Positions 9,260 to 19,179 of a DNA stretch of 42,481 bases are shown one piece after another. Origin of the DNA: Leidyana gryllorum EB-2025a. Taxonomy: Eukaryota; Protista; Apicomplexa. Under the pieces are notes generated by a model, which searched no databases, had not been told where the DNA came from, and saw only the letters and a list, made by a program, of their open reading frames with translations. Where the stretch lies: assembly GCA_048772705.1 (NCBI GenBank), contig JBLWGC010000105.1:1-42481 (forward strand), in the 5' to 3' direction. The position numbers and the translations under genes were made by a program. Position 1 is the stretch's first letter. Each line of letters opens with the position of its first letter.

Positions 9260-9349
9260 GCACCGTTGTTGGCTCGTCGCTCCACGCTTTTTTGTCCTTG
9301 AGCCAAAATAGCAAGACTTCTGGGGTTGGAGGCCGGCGTGTTCAGGGCG

Positions 9350-9421
9350 TCCGAGATAGTATAGTGGTTAGTATTTCCGCCTGTCACGCGGAAGACCCGG
9401 GTTCGATTCCCGGTCTCGGAG
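9350..9421 (+). tRNA. trnD: tRNA-Asp(GTC)
   Basis: Intact cloverleaf. Confidence 0.94.
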
Positions 9422-9473
9422 ATAGATCGTCTTCCGCTTTAGATTTCGTGATGCTCACCTGAACGATGCGTGT

Positions 9474-9546
9474 TACAGCCACCGATGATCGAACTCGGGA
9501 CCTTCTGCGTGGTAAGCAGACGTCGTAACCACTAGACCGTGGCTGC
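9474..9546 (-). pseudogene. tRNA-Val body with ACC anticodon
   Basis: TCTGC TT-ACC-AC GCAGA; T-stem mismatch. Confidence 0.75.
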
Positions 9547-9610
9547 ATGAATGGTCCCCGCAGCCCAAGAGAAGTGGCGAAGTTTCAGGGAGTAGTGAGG
9601 ACCAGTTCCA

Positions 9611-9682
9611 AGGTCGCGCCGGGAATCGAACCCAGGTCGGGAGATTCAGAGTCCCCAGTGCTAACCACTACACCACGCAACC
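9611..9682 (-). tRNA. trnQ: tRNA-Gln(CTG)
   Basis: CT-CTG-AA; TTCGATT. Confidence 0.88.
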
Positions 9683-9864
9683 GGTTCAGCCCACCCAAAA
9701 GAGTCGGTAGAATCATCCGGACTAGCGCTTCCTCAACTGGATACACGCAACACGGGTCTCTCTACTGACCTCTGGAAATATTTTAGGTGGTAGAGCGTTG
9801 GATTTGAGGCGGACAGAATGCTCACTTCAATCATTGAAGCAATTGCGCTCTTCGCGAATGCTAC

Positions 9865-9946
9865 CGTGAAGGGTGAGTTTCGAACTCACGCGGGTGACAC
9901 CCAACGGCTTAGCTGGCCGCCGCCTTAACCACTCGGCCACCTTGCC
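9865..9946 (-). pseudogene. tRNA-Ser(GCT), degenerate
   Basis: U33 lost; acceptor 3' mismatches. Confidence 0.7.
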
Positions 9947-10282
9947 AAGAGTGTTACTGATCACACCTTTCGTCGGGAACCCCGTGCAAACTGTTAGTGA
10001 TGTGGGTATAGCCCCTTCTAAATGTCAGTATTTGGCTCTGGAATGACTGTTTGGGAGGGTGGAGGAAGGCCAATCGTGGTGCTTTTGCGGAGCACATCAG
10101 TCGGCTAGTTGGTCCAGTGAGTGTTTACCTCAACTCTGCCTATTTTCGGTCACTTAAAGGGTGAGCCTGATAAGTTCCAAGTTCGCGGTCAAGCGCCGGC
10201 CCAACTGGGCGGGTGTGTTGTTGATGGAGCATCCCCCTGCACCCTTTTGACAGGAGGAGATGCATCGAGAGAAGTTTCACGA

Positions 10283-10355
10283 GGGAGTGTAGCGCAGTCG
10301 GTAGCGCCTAGGTCTCATAATCCTGAAGTCGAGAGTTCAATCCTCCCCACTCCCA
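10283..10355 (+). tRNA. trnM: elongator tRNA-Met(CAT), variant
   Basis: GGGAGTGTAGCGCAGTCGGTAGCGC; CT-CAT-AA. Confidence 0.8.
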
Positions 10356-10501
10356 CGGTCGGCATCGGAAGCGCCGACTAACTCGTATGGGGCGCCACCT
10401 GAGAAGAGTGGACTCCAGCTGTCCGCTAGTGTCTGAGATGTTTGAGTCCGGCTGAGGGGGAATCCAGCATCCGGCTCGGTGCCATCTCTCGTGGCAGAAG
10501 T

Positions 10502-10575
10502 GGTCGCGTAGCTCGGTCGGTTAGAGCGTGAGCCTAATAAGCTCAACGTCCCCGGTTCGAGCCCGGGCGTGACCA
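10502..10575 (+). tRNA. trnI: tRNA-Ile(AAT), variant
   Basis: CT-AAT-AA; A14 changed to G. Confidence 0.8.
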
Positions 10576-10926
10576 AGTGAGTGGATCTTCGATAAAGAGT
10601 CGCCCTGCACTCGAGCAACCCCCAACATTCTGCGACCAATACGAAAGGTACGTGTTATAAAGTCCTCACTTCCCTGCCGCGCCAGCTCCGTCGGTAGAGC
10701 GCAAAACTTTCAATGGAGAGACCGCGGGTTCGGGCAGCGCCAGCAGTCCGAGTCAAGCTTGCTGAACCGTATGTGAAGCCACTGGCCGCTAAATGCCGAG
10801 TTCGACAGGTGGCAACTTGCCCGAGTGTTCAAGGGGGTAGACTAGAAATCTACTGGGCCTGGCCAACGAGGTGGCTGTGTTGGTTCTGGGGGCAACTTGT
10901 CCCGTCGGATCCACTGACGACCAATA

Positions 10927-10998
10927 GGGCTGTTCTGGGAATCGAACCCAGGACTTCTTCCACCCGAAGGAAGAATCATACCACTAGACCAAACACCC
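10927..10998 (-). tRNA. trnP: tRNA-Pro(CGG), acceptor mismatch
   Basis: TT-CGG-GT. Confidence 0.8.
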
Positions 10999-11224
10999 GC
11001 CTAGCCCGTGGTTCAACCAGCTGGGCAAAGTCGAGAGACTCGTCTCACTACGTGAAGCATCACTCAATGCCATGAGGTAGGCTAACCCAGATGATGAAAC
11101 GGTGGCTTACTATACGAAAGGTACTGGGATCGATTCCCAGCCCATCCGAGTTACATCGATGGAATGTTCGCTGGAGTAGTCTACTTGGCCTATCAAGGCT
11201 GTCTGCCGAAACCACATCGCTACT

Positions 11225-11304
11225 TCCGGTGGGACGGAATCGAACCGCCGACTATCTGATGCCAGCACTACAGTCAGACGCTCTACCAACTGAGCTACCC
11301 CCGG
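11225..11304 (-). tRNA. trnY: tRNA-Tyr(GTA) with 7-nt intron (11261-11267)
   Basis: C1:G72; TCTGA CT-GTA-G[TGCTGGC]A TCAGA; 80 nt total; G5:A68 mismatch. Confidence 0.82.
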
Positions 11305-11379
11305 CCGTCCAACTGCTCCGGGGTTCGAAAGGCTCAACCCCACATCCTCGCCCTGTCGCACTACAGCCGTAGCGTACTT

Positions 11380-11452
11380 TGGACGACCTGGGCCTCGATC
11401 CCAGTACCTCTCGCATGCTAAGCGAGCGCTCTCCCATTTGAGCTAGTCGCCC
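11380..11452 (-). tRNA. trnA: tRNA-Ala(AGC)
   Basis: G3:U70; CTCGC TT-AGC-AT GCGAG; ATCG T-loop as in eukaryotic Ala. Confidence 0.85.
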
Positions 11453-11540
11453 GTTGCGCAGACCCCATCGCATGTGTTGGTTCTCAAATATTATGACCAG
11501 TCTCCCGACTGTACTCAGCGGTTTGCACCACCGACCAGGC

Positions 11541-11612
11541 GGCTGTTTGGTCTAGTGGTATGATTCTTCCTTCGGGTGGAAGAAGTCCTGGGTTCGATTC
11601 CCAGAACAGCCC
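11541..11612 (+). tRNA. trnP: tRNA-Pro(CGG)
   Basis: Intact. Confidence 0.92.
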
Positions 11613-11820
11613 TATTGGTTGTCGGTTGACCCGACGCTCCACCTGATCTCAAGATGGTACGGCTCTCATCCGAAGCCTCAACTCGGGAAGTCGCCCACTG
11701 TAGTCTGATGGCCAGGATAAGCGGCTCTCACCCGCACGATCTGGATTCAAGTTGCGGCAGTGGAAATTCAGCAGAGTGTGGTTGTAGGCAACCATTCTTA
11801 CTCCCAGAGACATTGATTTG

Positions 11821-11892
11821 CACCGCCCGCGGGGCTCGAACCCGCGACTGCAAGATTAACAGTCTTGCGCTCTACGGACTGAGCTAGGGCGC
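11821..11892 (-). pseudogene. tRNA-Lys body with GTT anticodon
   Basis: CAAGA CT-GTT-AA TCTTG; 5' 1-nt deletion; D-loop change. Confidence 0.7.
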
Positions 11893-12073
11893 AACGAACT
11901 CTAGACTTAGTTACACCCTATTTGCCGTTGGGCGGAGCAGTGGAAGTCATTGGACCGGTGGAACAATGTGCTTCAGTAACTTCCGTTAACATTGCCTTCT
12001 TAGCTTGTGGCAGAGCATCCGCTTAGTAAGCGAAAGGTCGCCGGTTCGATAACTGTTCCCTTCTGCGCACACT

Positions 12074-12145
12074 TAGCAGTGCGCCGCTTCGATCGACGGA
12101 CCTTTGGGCTATGAGCCCAACACTCTTCCACTGAGCTACATTGCT
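12074..12145 (-). tRNA. trnMi: initiator tRNA-Met, variant
   Basis: iMet body with 4-5 substitutions. Confidence 0.68.
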
Positions 12146-12595
12146 CAGTCTGCAACATGGAAGAGGTAGCCGAAATGCGATTCTTGAGATTCTAGTATGT
12201 CCTGACTGCCCTACCCAAGTGCGCTAACGAGGTGGCTGTGTTGGTTCTGAGGGCAACTTGTCCCGTCCGGTCAACCGACGACCAAGAGGGCTGTTCTGGG
12301 AATGGAACCAGGACTCCTTCCACCCTGAGGAGGGATCATAGCACTAGACCAAACAGTCCATCGGTCGGTGGTGCAAATGGCTGGTACAGTGGGGAGACTG
12401 GTTGTAATATGTCAAGAACCACTAAATGCTATGGGGTCTGCACAGCGGGCGACTAGCTGGAATGATATAGCACTCGCTCAGCATGCGAGAGATACTGGGA
12501 TGGATGCCCAGGTCGTCCAAACTTCTAACGGCTACTCCTGCGGTATTTGAAAACAGAGTCACGACCGAATGGAGTTGATGCCCGATCACATAACA

Positions 12596-12677
12596 CGACA
12601 ACTGCTGGATTCGAACCAGCGCGGGCCAGACCCAGTAGATTTCAAGTCTACCCCCTTAACCACTCGGGGAAGTTGCC
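12596..12677 (-). tRNA. trnS: tRNA-Ser(TGA), variant
   Basis: GTAGA CT-TGA-AA TCTAC. Confidence 0.82.
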
Positions 12678-12895
12678 AACTGTCGAATTCGACATGCCGC
12701 GAGGAATGACCAAATACCCCCATGTTCAGCCTGTCCTGCGGCATTGATAGGTGTCTAAACTGACCTCTCGCGTGCAAAGTCACCGCTCTACCACTTGAGA
12801 TAGCCGCCCACCCGCCAAACCTAGGTGAACTTCCCACCTGAGATCGACTCACAGTTCTCTGGCGCCTCATTCGTCAGTGCAACTGTTGTGACTCG

Positions 12896-12968
12896 TCCAC
12901 TGTAGTCTAAGTGGCTAGGATATGCGGCTTTCACCCGCACGATCCGGGTTCAAGTCCCGGCAGTGGAA
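12896..12968 (+). tRNA. trnE: tRNA-Glu(TTC)
   Basis: Intact. Confidence 0.92.
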
Positions 12969-13044
12969 GTCATTAGAGTACTCGATCAAAGTGCTCTAAT
13001 AGCTTGTGTCAATAGGAACTGATGCGTGACTCCCGGCTTGCATT

Positions 13045-13113
13045 GCCTTCTTAGCTTAGGGGCAGAGCATTCGCTTAAGCGAAAGGTCGCCGGTTCGATT
13101 CCGGCAGAAGGCT
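13045..13113 (+). pseudogene. tRNA-Thr lacking the anticodon triplet
   Basis: TTCGC TTAA GCGAA; otherwise matches Thr(AGT). Confidence 0.8.
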
Positions 13114-13727
13114 TTGCTCACAAGCTTAAGCTTTTCGGGCTGGTCTCTCGGTCTCGATAACGACCTGAGGGGGTTGCAAAATTCTCAGGCCTTTTCTGCC
13201 CCCATTCGTCAGTGCAACTTTGGTGACTTATCCACTATAGTCTCGTTGGATAGTATATGCGGCGCCAACCCGCACCATCCCGGTTCGAGTCTCGGCAGCG
13301 CAAATGCAGCTGGGTGTGCTTGTAGGCAACATTTCTTACTCCCCGGCCCACTCGTCCGCACCGCCCACGGGACTTCACTCTGCGACTGCAAGATTAAGAG
13401 GCTCGCGCTCCACCGACTGAGCTAGGACGACAAGGAAACTCGTTACACTCTATTTGCCTCAGGGTGGAGTCATGCAAGTCATTGGGCAGGTCGACCGGAG
13501 TCCTTAGTATTTTCGCGCGTCACGCGGAAGACCTGGGTTCGACTGCCGGTCTTACAGCACAGCTCGTTCCGCTTTAGACTTCGTTTGGTGCTCACTCAAA
13601 AGGTGCGGTTCGGGAGCAAACCTCGATGTCCAAGGGTCACACGACAGGCGTTCGCTCACTTGGTACAGCATCTGACTGCGGCGGGTAGTCGACCGTTCCA
13701 TTCCCCTCCCCGACACTTGCCTCCTTA

Positions 13728-13808
13728 TGCGAGAAGTGGGGTTCGAACCCACGCGGAATTAACCAGTGGATCTTAAGGCCACCCCCTTAACCTCTCGGGC
13801 ATTCTCGC
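13728..13808 (-). tRNA. trnL: tRNA-Leu(TAA), single copy in window
   Basis: GCGAGAATGCCCGAGAGG; CT-TAA-GA; variable arm; GTGGGTTCGAACCCCAC. Confidence 0.82.
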
Positions 13809-14067
13809 AATGCAGCGTCGAAATAAGTAGTCTGGGGTTTCTGCGGGTAGCCAGTGCCCTTTCAAGGCGGGAGAAAGATACTCACGACCATGTGAGTGGG
13901 GTCTGAAAATAGCGCCTTACCCACTAGGGCATCTTGCCACATACTGGTAGGCGCAAGTCTGCATGGGTGCGGGTCCCATTCTGCGCAACGGTACTCATTT
14001 CAGGACGAATTAGCCATCACTTCGAGTTTACGGCTGTACGTAGCCGGTTGTATCCCCCTTCCCATTC

Positions 14068-14138
14068 GGCTGTTTGGTCTAGTGGTATGATTCTTCCTTT
14101 GGGTGGAGAATTCCTGGGTTCGATTCCCAGAACAGCCC
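14068..14138 (+). pseudogene. tRNA-Pro(TGG), 1-nt deletion
   Basis: CTTCC TT-TGG-GT GGAG. Confidence 0.7.
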
Positions 14139-14453
14139 TCTTGGTCGTCGGTTGACCCGACGGGACAAGTTGCCTTCAGAACCAATACAGCCACCTCGTT
14201 AGCCCACTTCGGTAGGGCAGTCTGCACCCTACTAAAAAAGGACTGTTCGGGAATCGAATTGAGCACTTCCTCCAAGTGGAGGAAAATTATATCACGAGCA
14301 CTTCAACTCGACATGCGCAGCAGTGCCCCCATACAGCTAGCAAGCTTGCCTCCGTCGAAACGGAACGTCTTCGGCGTGCGAGGCTATGATGCGGATGGCC
14401 ATATCCATTAGGCCACCGCACCATAGACAAGCTTTGGTCATCTCGGGAGCTTG

Positions 14454-14526
14454 TCCACTGTAGTCTAAGTGGCTAGGATATGCCGCTTTCACCCGCACGA
14501 TCCGGGTTCAAGTCCCGGCACTGGAA
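14454..14526 (+). tRNA. trnE: tRNA-Glu(TTC), variant
   Basis: Two stem mismatches. Confidence 0.72.
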
Positions 14527-14594
14527 GTTACTCGAGCAAAGTGCTCCAGTAATCCCCGTCAATAGTAACTGATTCGTGATCTTCGGCTTGTATT

Positions 14595-14666
14595 GCCTTC
14601 TTAACTTAGGGGCAGAGCATTCGCTTAGTAAGCGAAAGGTCGCCGGTTCGATTCCGGCAGAAGGCT
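14595..14666 (+). tRNA. trnT: tRNA-Thr(AGT), variant
   Basis: G10 changed to A. Confidence 0.8.
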
Positions 14667-14788
14667 TGCTCACGAGCTCAAGCTTTTCTGGCTGGTCTCT
14701 CAGGTCTCGATAACGACCTGAGAGGGCTGCAAAACTTTTCGGTAGAAGATGAAGGATCTCTCTACTAACCTCTGAAAGATTGTCAATG

Positions 14789-14861
14789 GGTCTGGTAGCT
14801 CAGTCGGCAGAGCGTGTGGCTGTTAACCACAAAGTCGCAGGCTCGAAACCTACCAGGACCG
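14789..14861 (+). tRNA. trnN: tRNA-Asn(GTT), variant
   Basis: TGTGG CT-GTT-AA CCACA; T-arm substitutions. Confidence 0.7.
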
Positions 14862-14952
14862 GGTTCTGCGGCACCGTACTCTCTAGACGGCACTTGTGCT
14901 CTTGGACCCTTCCAAGGTCGTAAAAATACCGGCAGTTGAAAACTACGAAGTT

Positions 14953-15024
14953 TGGACGACCTGGGCATCGATCCCAGTACCCTCGCATGCTAAGCGAGCG
15001 CTCTACCATTTGAGCTAGTCGCCC
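14953..15024 (-). tRNA. trnA: tRNA-Ala(AGC), 1-nt deletion
   Basis: TT-AGC-AT; G3:U70. Confidence 0.78.
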
Positions 15025-15295
15025 ATTGTGCAGACCCCATCGCATTTTTTTGTTCTCAACATCGTATGACCACTCTCTCGACTGTATTCAGCGGGTTTCA
15101 CGACCGACAGGCGGCTAATTGGTCTAGTGGTATGATTCTTCCTTCGGGTGGAAGAAGGCCTGTATTCGATTCCCAGAAGAGCCCGTCTGATAGTTGTTGA
15201 CTAAGTGCCACGTCTCTCCAAGGTATGATCCCGGATGAAGTCCAGACCAGCTGAGACAAAATCTGAGTTGCAGCAGTTGTGAGGAGCTGGAACTG

Positions 15296-15367
15296 CTCCG
15301 AGACCGGGAATCGAACCCGGGTCTTCCGCGTGACAGGCGGAAATACTAACCACTATACTATCTCGGA
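15296..15367 (-). tRNA. trnD: tRNA-Asp(GTC)
   Basis: Intact. Confidence 0.94.
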
Positions 15368-15556
15368 CGCTCTGAACACGCCGCCCTCCAACCCCAAAAG
15401 TCCTTCCATTTTGAGATGTCAAGCAAACGCGTGGAGTGGCGAGCCAACAACATGCCGGCAAGATGGCCGAGTTGCCCAAGACGCTGTGCTCAGACTGCAG
15501 TCCGAAAGGGCGAGGATCTGGGGTTAAGCCTTTCGAACCCCGGGGGAGTTGGACAG

Positions 15557-15636
15557 CCGGGGAAAGCTCAGTTGGTAGAGCATCTGACTGTAGTGCTGAC
15601 ATCAGATAGTCGGCGGTTCCGTTCCGTCCCACCGGA
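15557..15636 (+). pseudogene. tRNA-Tyr(GTA) with 7-nt intron, degenerate
   Basis: CT-GTA-G[TGCTGAC]A; damaged T-loop and U8. Confidence 0.72.
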
Positions 15637-15864
15637 TGGTTTTGGCAGACAGCCGTTGATAGGCCAACTAGACTACTCCGGCGAGGGTTCCATCTATGTA
15701 GTTCGGATGGGCTGGGAATCAATCCCAGAACCTTTCAAATACTAAGCCACCGTTTCATCATCTGGCTAGCCTCCCACTGTGCCTACCTCATGGCATTGAG
15801 TGATACTTCACATAGTGAGACGAGTCTCTAGACTGTACCCAGCGGGTTGAACCACCGGCTAGGC

Positions 15865-15936
15865 GGCTGTTTGGTCTAGTGGTATGATCCTTCCTTAGGG
15901 TGGAAGGAGTCCTGGATTCGATTCCCAGAACAGCCC
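15865..15936 (+). tRNA. trnP: tRNA-Pro(AGG), variant
   Basis: G53 changed to A. Confidence 0.75.
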
Positions 15937-16037
15937 GTCTGATAGTTGTTGACGCAACACGGCACTCGACCCATCCCGGACAGCTAAGACAGGATCTGAG
16001 TTGTTGACTCAACAGGCTGCAACCCGGCCATCCGCCC

Positions 16038-16110
16038 AGACGCTACTGGGACTCGAATCCAGAATCCCCGGTTCCGTAGACCGATGCCATATCCATTAGG
16101 CCATAGCGCC
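16038..16110 (-). tRNA. trnR: tRNA-Arg(ACG), variant
   Basis: GGCGCTATGGCCTAATGGATATGGC; CT-ACG-GA. Confidence 0.78.
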
Positions 16111-16505
16111 GACTAACGGAGCCGTCAAATGGGAGTGTGTAGCGATCAAGACAGGACATGGGCAGCCACGCCCGATGGTGGGTGTGGACAGACTTCACCC
16201 ACATCTCCCATTCGGGGACATACTATCCAAGCCAGGATTCGGGCCTGGGTATGCACGGCCACAACTTGCTGTTGTACGCAACTAGACGACCCGGACAATC
16301 TTCCAGTGAGGCTGGTGGGTACCAAAGCCACTTAAGATGTCGGGCTATCGGGTTTTGTGTCCTTGCATTCCTGCCGCCCTAGATCAGTCGGTAGAGCGCA
16401 AGACTCTTAATCTTGCAGTTGAGGGGGCGAGCCCCGCGGGCGGTGTGCATCTATTTCCCTGGGAGTAAGAATGGAACTGTTGCCTACAAGCACACTCAGC
16501 TGGAG

Positions 16506-16578
16506 TTCCACTGCCGGGACTTGAACCCGGATCGTGCGGGTGAGAGCCGCATATCCTAGCCACTTAGACTACAGTGGA
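16506..16578 (-). tRNA. trnE: tRNA-Glu(CTC)
   Basis: CT-CTC-AC; intact. Confidence 0.92.
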
Positions 16579-17217
16579 CGAGTCACAACAGTTGCACTGA
16601 CGAATGAGGCGCCAGAGAACTGTGAGTCGGTCTCAGATTGGAAGTTCACCTAGGTTTGGCGGGTCGGCGGCAATCTCAAGTGGTAGAGCGGTGACTTTGC
16701 ACGCGAGAGGTCAGTTTAGACATCTATCAATGCCGCAGGGCAGGCTGAACATGGGGGTATTTGGTCACTTCCGCGACATGTCGAATTCGACAGGTGGCAA
16801 CTTGCCCAAGTGGTTAAGGGGTTAGTCTAGAAGTCTATTGGGCCTGGCCCGCGCTGGTTCGAATCCAGCAGTTGTCGTGTTATGTGACGGGCATCAACTC
16901 CATCGGTCGTGGCTGTGCTATATCATTCCGCTGTGCAGACCCCATAGCATTTAGTGGTTCTTGACATATTATGACCAGTCTCTCGACTGTACCAGCCATT
17001 TGCACCACCGACCGATGGGCTGTTTGGTCTAGTGCTATGACCCCTCCTCAGGGTGGAGTCCTGGTTCGATTCCCAGCACAGCCCTCTTGGTCGTCGGTTC
17101 ACCCGATGGGACAAGTTGCGTTCAAATCCAGCAGTTGTCGTGCGATGTGGTTGGAGGGGTCAAACACCAACTCAAGCGTGAATCCCTGGAATGGTGGGAA
17201 AACAATCATGTGTCTTC

Positions 17218-17288
17218 TGCATCTGCCGGGAATCGAACCCGGGTCGTCTCGATGGCAACGAGACATTCTACCACTAGACCACAGATGC
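17218..17288 (-). tRNA. trnG: tRNA-Gly(GCC)
   Basis: Intact. Confidence 0.93.
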
Positions 17289-17384
17289 ATGACTCGTTGT
17301 TGTTCAAGCTCGTGCACAATAACGGCCGTTTTGCTTCAAACGAGAAGACAAAATCGAGTTGAGCGAGTATGACGGGTGTTTTGT

Positions 17385-17456
17385 GGGTACGTAGCTCAGT
17401 GGTAGAGCAGCTGACTGCAGATCAGCAAGTCCGTGGTTCAACTCCGCGCGTGCCCT
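17385..17456 (+). tRNA. trnC: tRNA-Cys(GCA)
   Basis: GCTGA CT-GCA-GA TCAGC; U73. Confidence 0.9.
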
Positions 17457-17606
17457 AAAGATGACCTGAAGGTTGAAGATGTTGGAAATCCATCCCTGAC
17501 CACATGCCAATGAGTTTGAAGTCGGTGGACAATTTTGGGTGTATGGCGGACGGTGGCGCGCAGAAATCGCCCGAGTGTTTCGGGGTGCTGCAACTCTTTC
17601 GCAATT

Positions 17607-17677
17607 GCACTTGTGGTCTAAGGGTAAGATGCGACCCTTCCAAGGTCGTAACCCAGGTTCGAGTCCCGGCAGGTGCA
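17607..17677 (+). tRNA. trnG: tRNA-Gly(TCC)
   Basis: One T-stem mismatch. Confidence 0.85.
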
Positions 17678-17747
17678 GCCGTATGTAGCTCGAACGACCT
17701 GTCTATCAGTGAAGAGAGGGGACTACCTACCAATACAATACAACGGC

Positions 17748-17827
17748 TGACAAGAGTGGGATTCGAACCCACGCCCTTTCGGACTGCGGCCTGAACACAG
17801 CGCCTTAGACCACTCGGCCATCTTGCC
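17748..17827 (-). tRNA. trnL: tRNA-Leu(CAG)
   Basis: Intact. Confidence 0.93.
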
Positions 17828-17918
17828 GCAGTCTTGTTGGTTCGTCGCTCCACGCGTTTTTTGTCCGTGAGCCGAAATAGAAAGACTTCTGGGATTGGAG
17901 GCCGGCGTGTTCGGAGCG

Positions 17919-17990
17919 TCCGAGTCAGTATAGTGGTTAGTGTCTCCGCCTGTCACGCGGAAGACCCGCGTTCGATTCCCGGTCTCGAAA
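17919..17990 (+). pseudogene. tRNA-Asp(GTC), degenerate
   Basis: Acceptor and T-stem mismatches. Confidence 0.7.
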
Positions 17991-18045
17991 CGCAGGTGGT
18001 TTTGCCAAAGATTCTCTCCTTTGGTTCTCGCTGAAAGTTGCGAGC

Positions 18046-18118
18046 TACAGCCACCGAGGATCGAACCCGGGACCTTCTGCGTGCAAAGCAGACGTCGTAA
18101 CCACTAGACCATTGCTGC
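18046..18118 (-). pseudogene. tRNA-Val body with TGC anticodon
   Basis: TCTGC TT-TGC-AC GCAGA; A3:U70; A6:G67 mismatch. Confidence 0.75.
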
Positions 18119-18182
18119 ACGGATGGTCCCTGCAGCCCAAGAGAAGTGGCGAAATTTGAAGGAGTACGGAGGACCAGTGCCA

Positions 18183-18254
18183 AGGTCGCGCCGGGAATCG
18201 AACCCAGGTCGGGAGATTCAAAGTCTCCAGTGCTAACCACTACACCACGCAACC
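18183..18254 (-). tRNA. trnQ: tRNA-Gln(TTG)
   Basis: GGAGA CT-TTG-AA TCTCC. Confidence 0.92.
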
Positions 18255-18432
18255 GGTTCAGCCCATCCCAAAAGAGGCGGTAGAGCCATCCGGACTAGCG
18301 CTCCGTCAACTGGACACATGCAACACGCGACTGGCAGGTTCCAAACCTGCGACTTCGTGGCTATGAGCTACGAGGCTCAGCTACGATGATTGGAGTTGCG
18401 ATAAGCTTGCAGGTGCTCATTCGATGCAGTCG

Positions 18433-18504
18433 AGCCTTCTGCCGGAATCGAACCGGCGACCTTTCGCTTACTAAGCGAATGCTCTGCCCCTAAGCTAAGA
18501 AGGC
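18433..18504 (-). tRNA. trnT: tRNA-Thr(AGT)
   Basis: Intact. Confidence 0.92.
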
Positions 18505-18580
18505 AATGAAAGCCAAGGATCACGAATCAGTCACTATTGACGGAGGTTACTGGAGCACTTTGCTCGAATGGTCCAATGAC

Positions 18581-18653
18581 TTCCACTGCCGGGACTTGAA
18601 CCCGGATCGTGCGGGTGAAAGCCGCATATCCTAGCCACTTAGACTACAGTGGA
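18581..18653 (-). tRNA. trnE: tRNA-Glu(TTC)
   Basis: Intact. Confidence 0.92.
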
Positions 18654-18770
18654 CAACTCAATCAGCTGCAGCTTTAGCCAAGAGCTGTACCCTCTTGACA
18701 AGGCGTGATTGCAGAATCCTGCGGTAGAAAAAGGAGGATCTCTATACTAACCTCTGAACCATTGTAGCTG

Positions 18771-18843
18771 GGTCTTGTAGCTCAGTCGGCAGAACGTGTG
18801 GCTGTTAACCACAAAGTCGCAGGTTCGAAACCTGCCAGGACCG
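18771..18843 (+). tRNA. trnN: tRNA-Asn(GTT)
   Basis: CT-GTT-AA; one D-stem mismatch. Confidence 0.83.
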
Positions 18844-18958
18844 GTTTCAGAGGCACACTAAACACTGACTGCGCTGCTCTCCCAATGGCACTTGTGGTCT
18901 GCGACCCTTCAAAGATGTAAGTTTGTTTGGATCCCCCCACGTGCAGCCGTACGTACTT

Positions 18959-19031
18959 TGGACGACCTGGGTATCAATCCCAATACCTCTCGCATGCGAA
19001 GCGAGCGCTCTACCATCTGAGCTAGCCGCCC
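18959..19031 (-). tRNA. trnA: tRNA-Ala(CGC), variant
   Basis: TT-CGC-AT; G3:U70; T-loop ATTGATA. Confidence 0.75.
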
Positions 19032-19099
19032 ATCCGATCATCCGCTCTACATGGAAGACCTATTGCATCCAGTGGCTGACCGAGGGCCGATACAACGGC

Positions 19100-19179
19100 T
19101 GACAAGAGTGGGATCCGAACCCACGCCCTTTCGGACGGCGGCCTTAAGACAGCGCCTTGGACCACTCGGCCATCTTGCC
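19100..19179 (-). pseudogene. tRNA-Leu(AAG), degenerate
   Basis: Anticodon-stem and T-loop substitutions. Confidence 0.7.
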
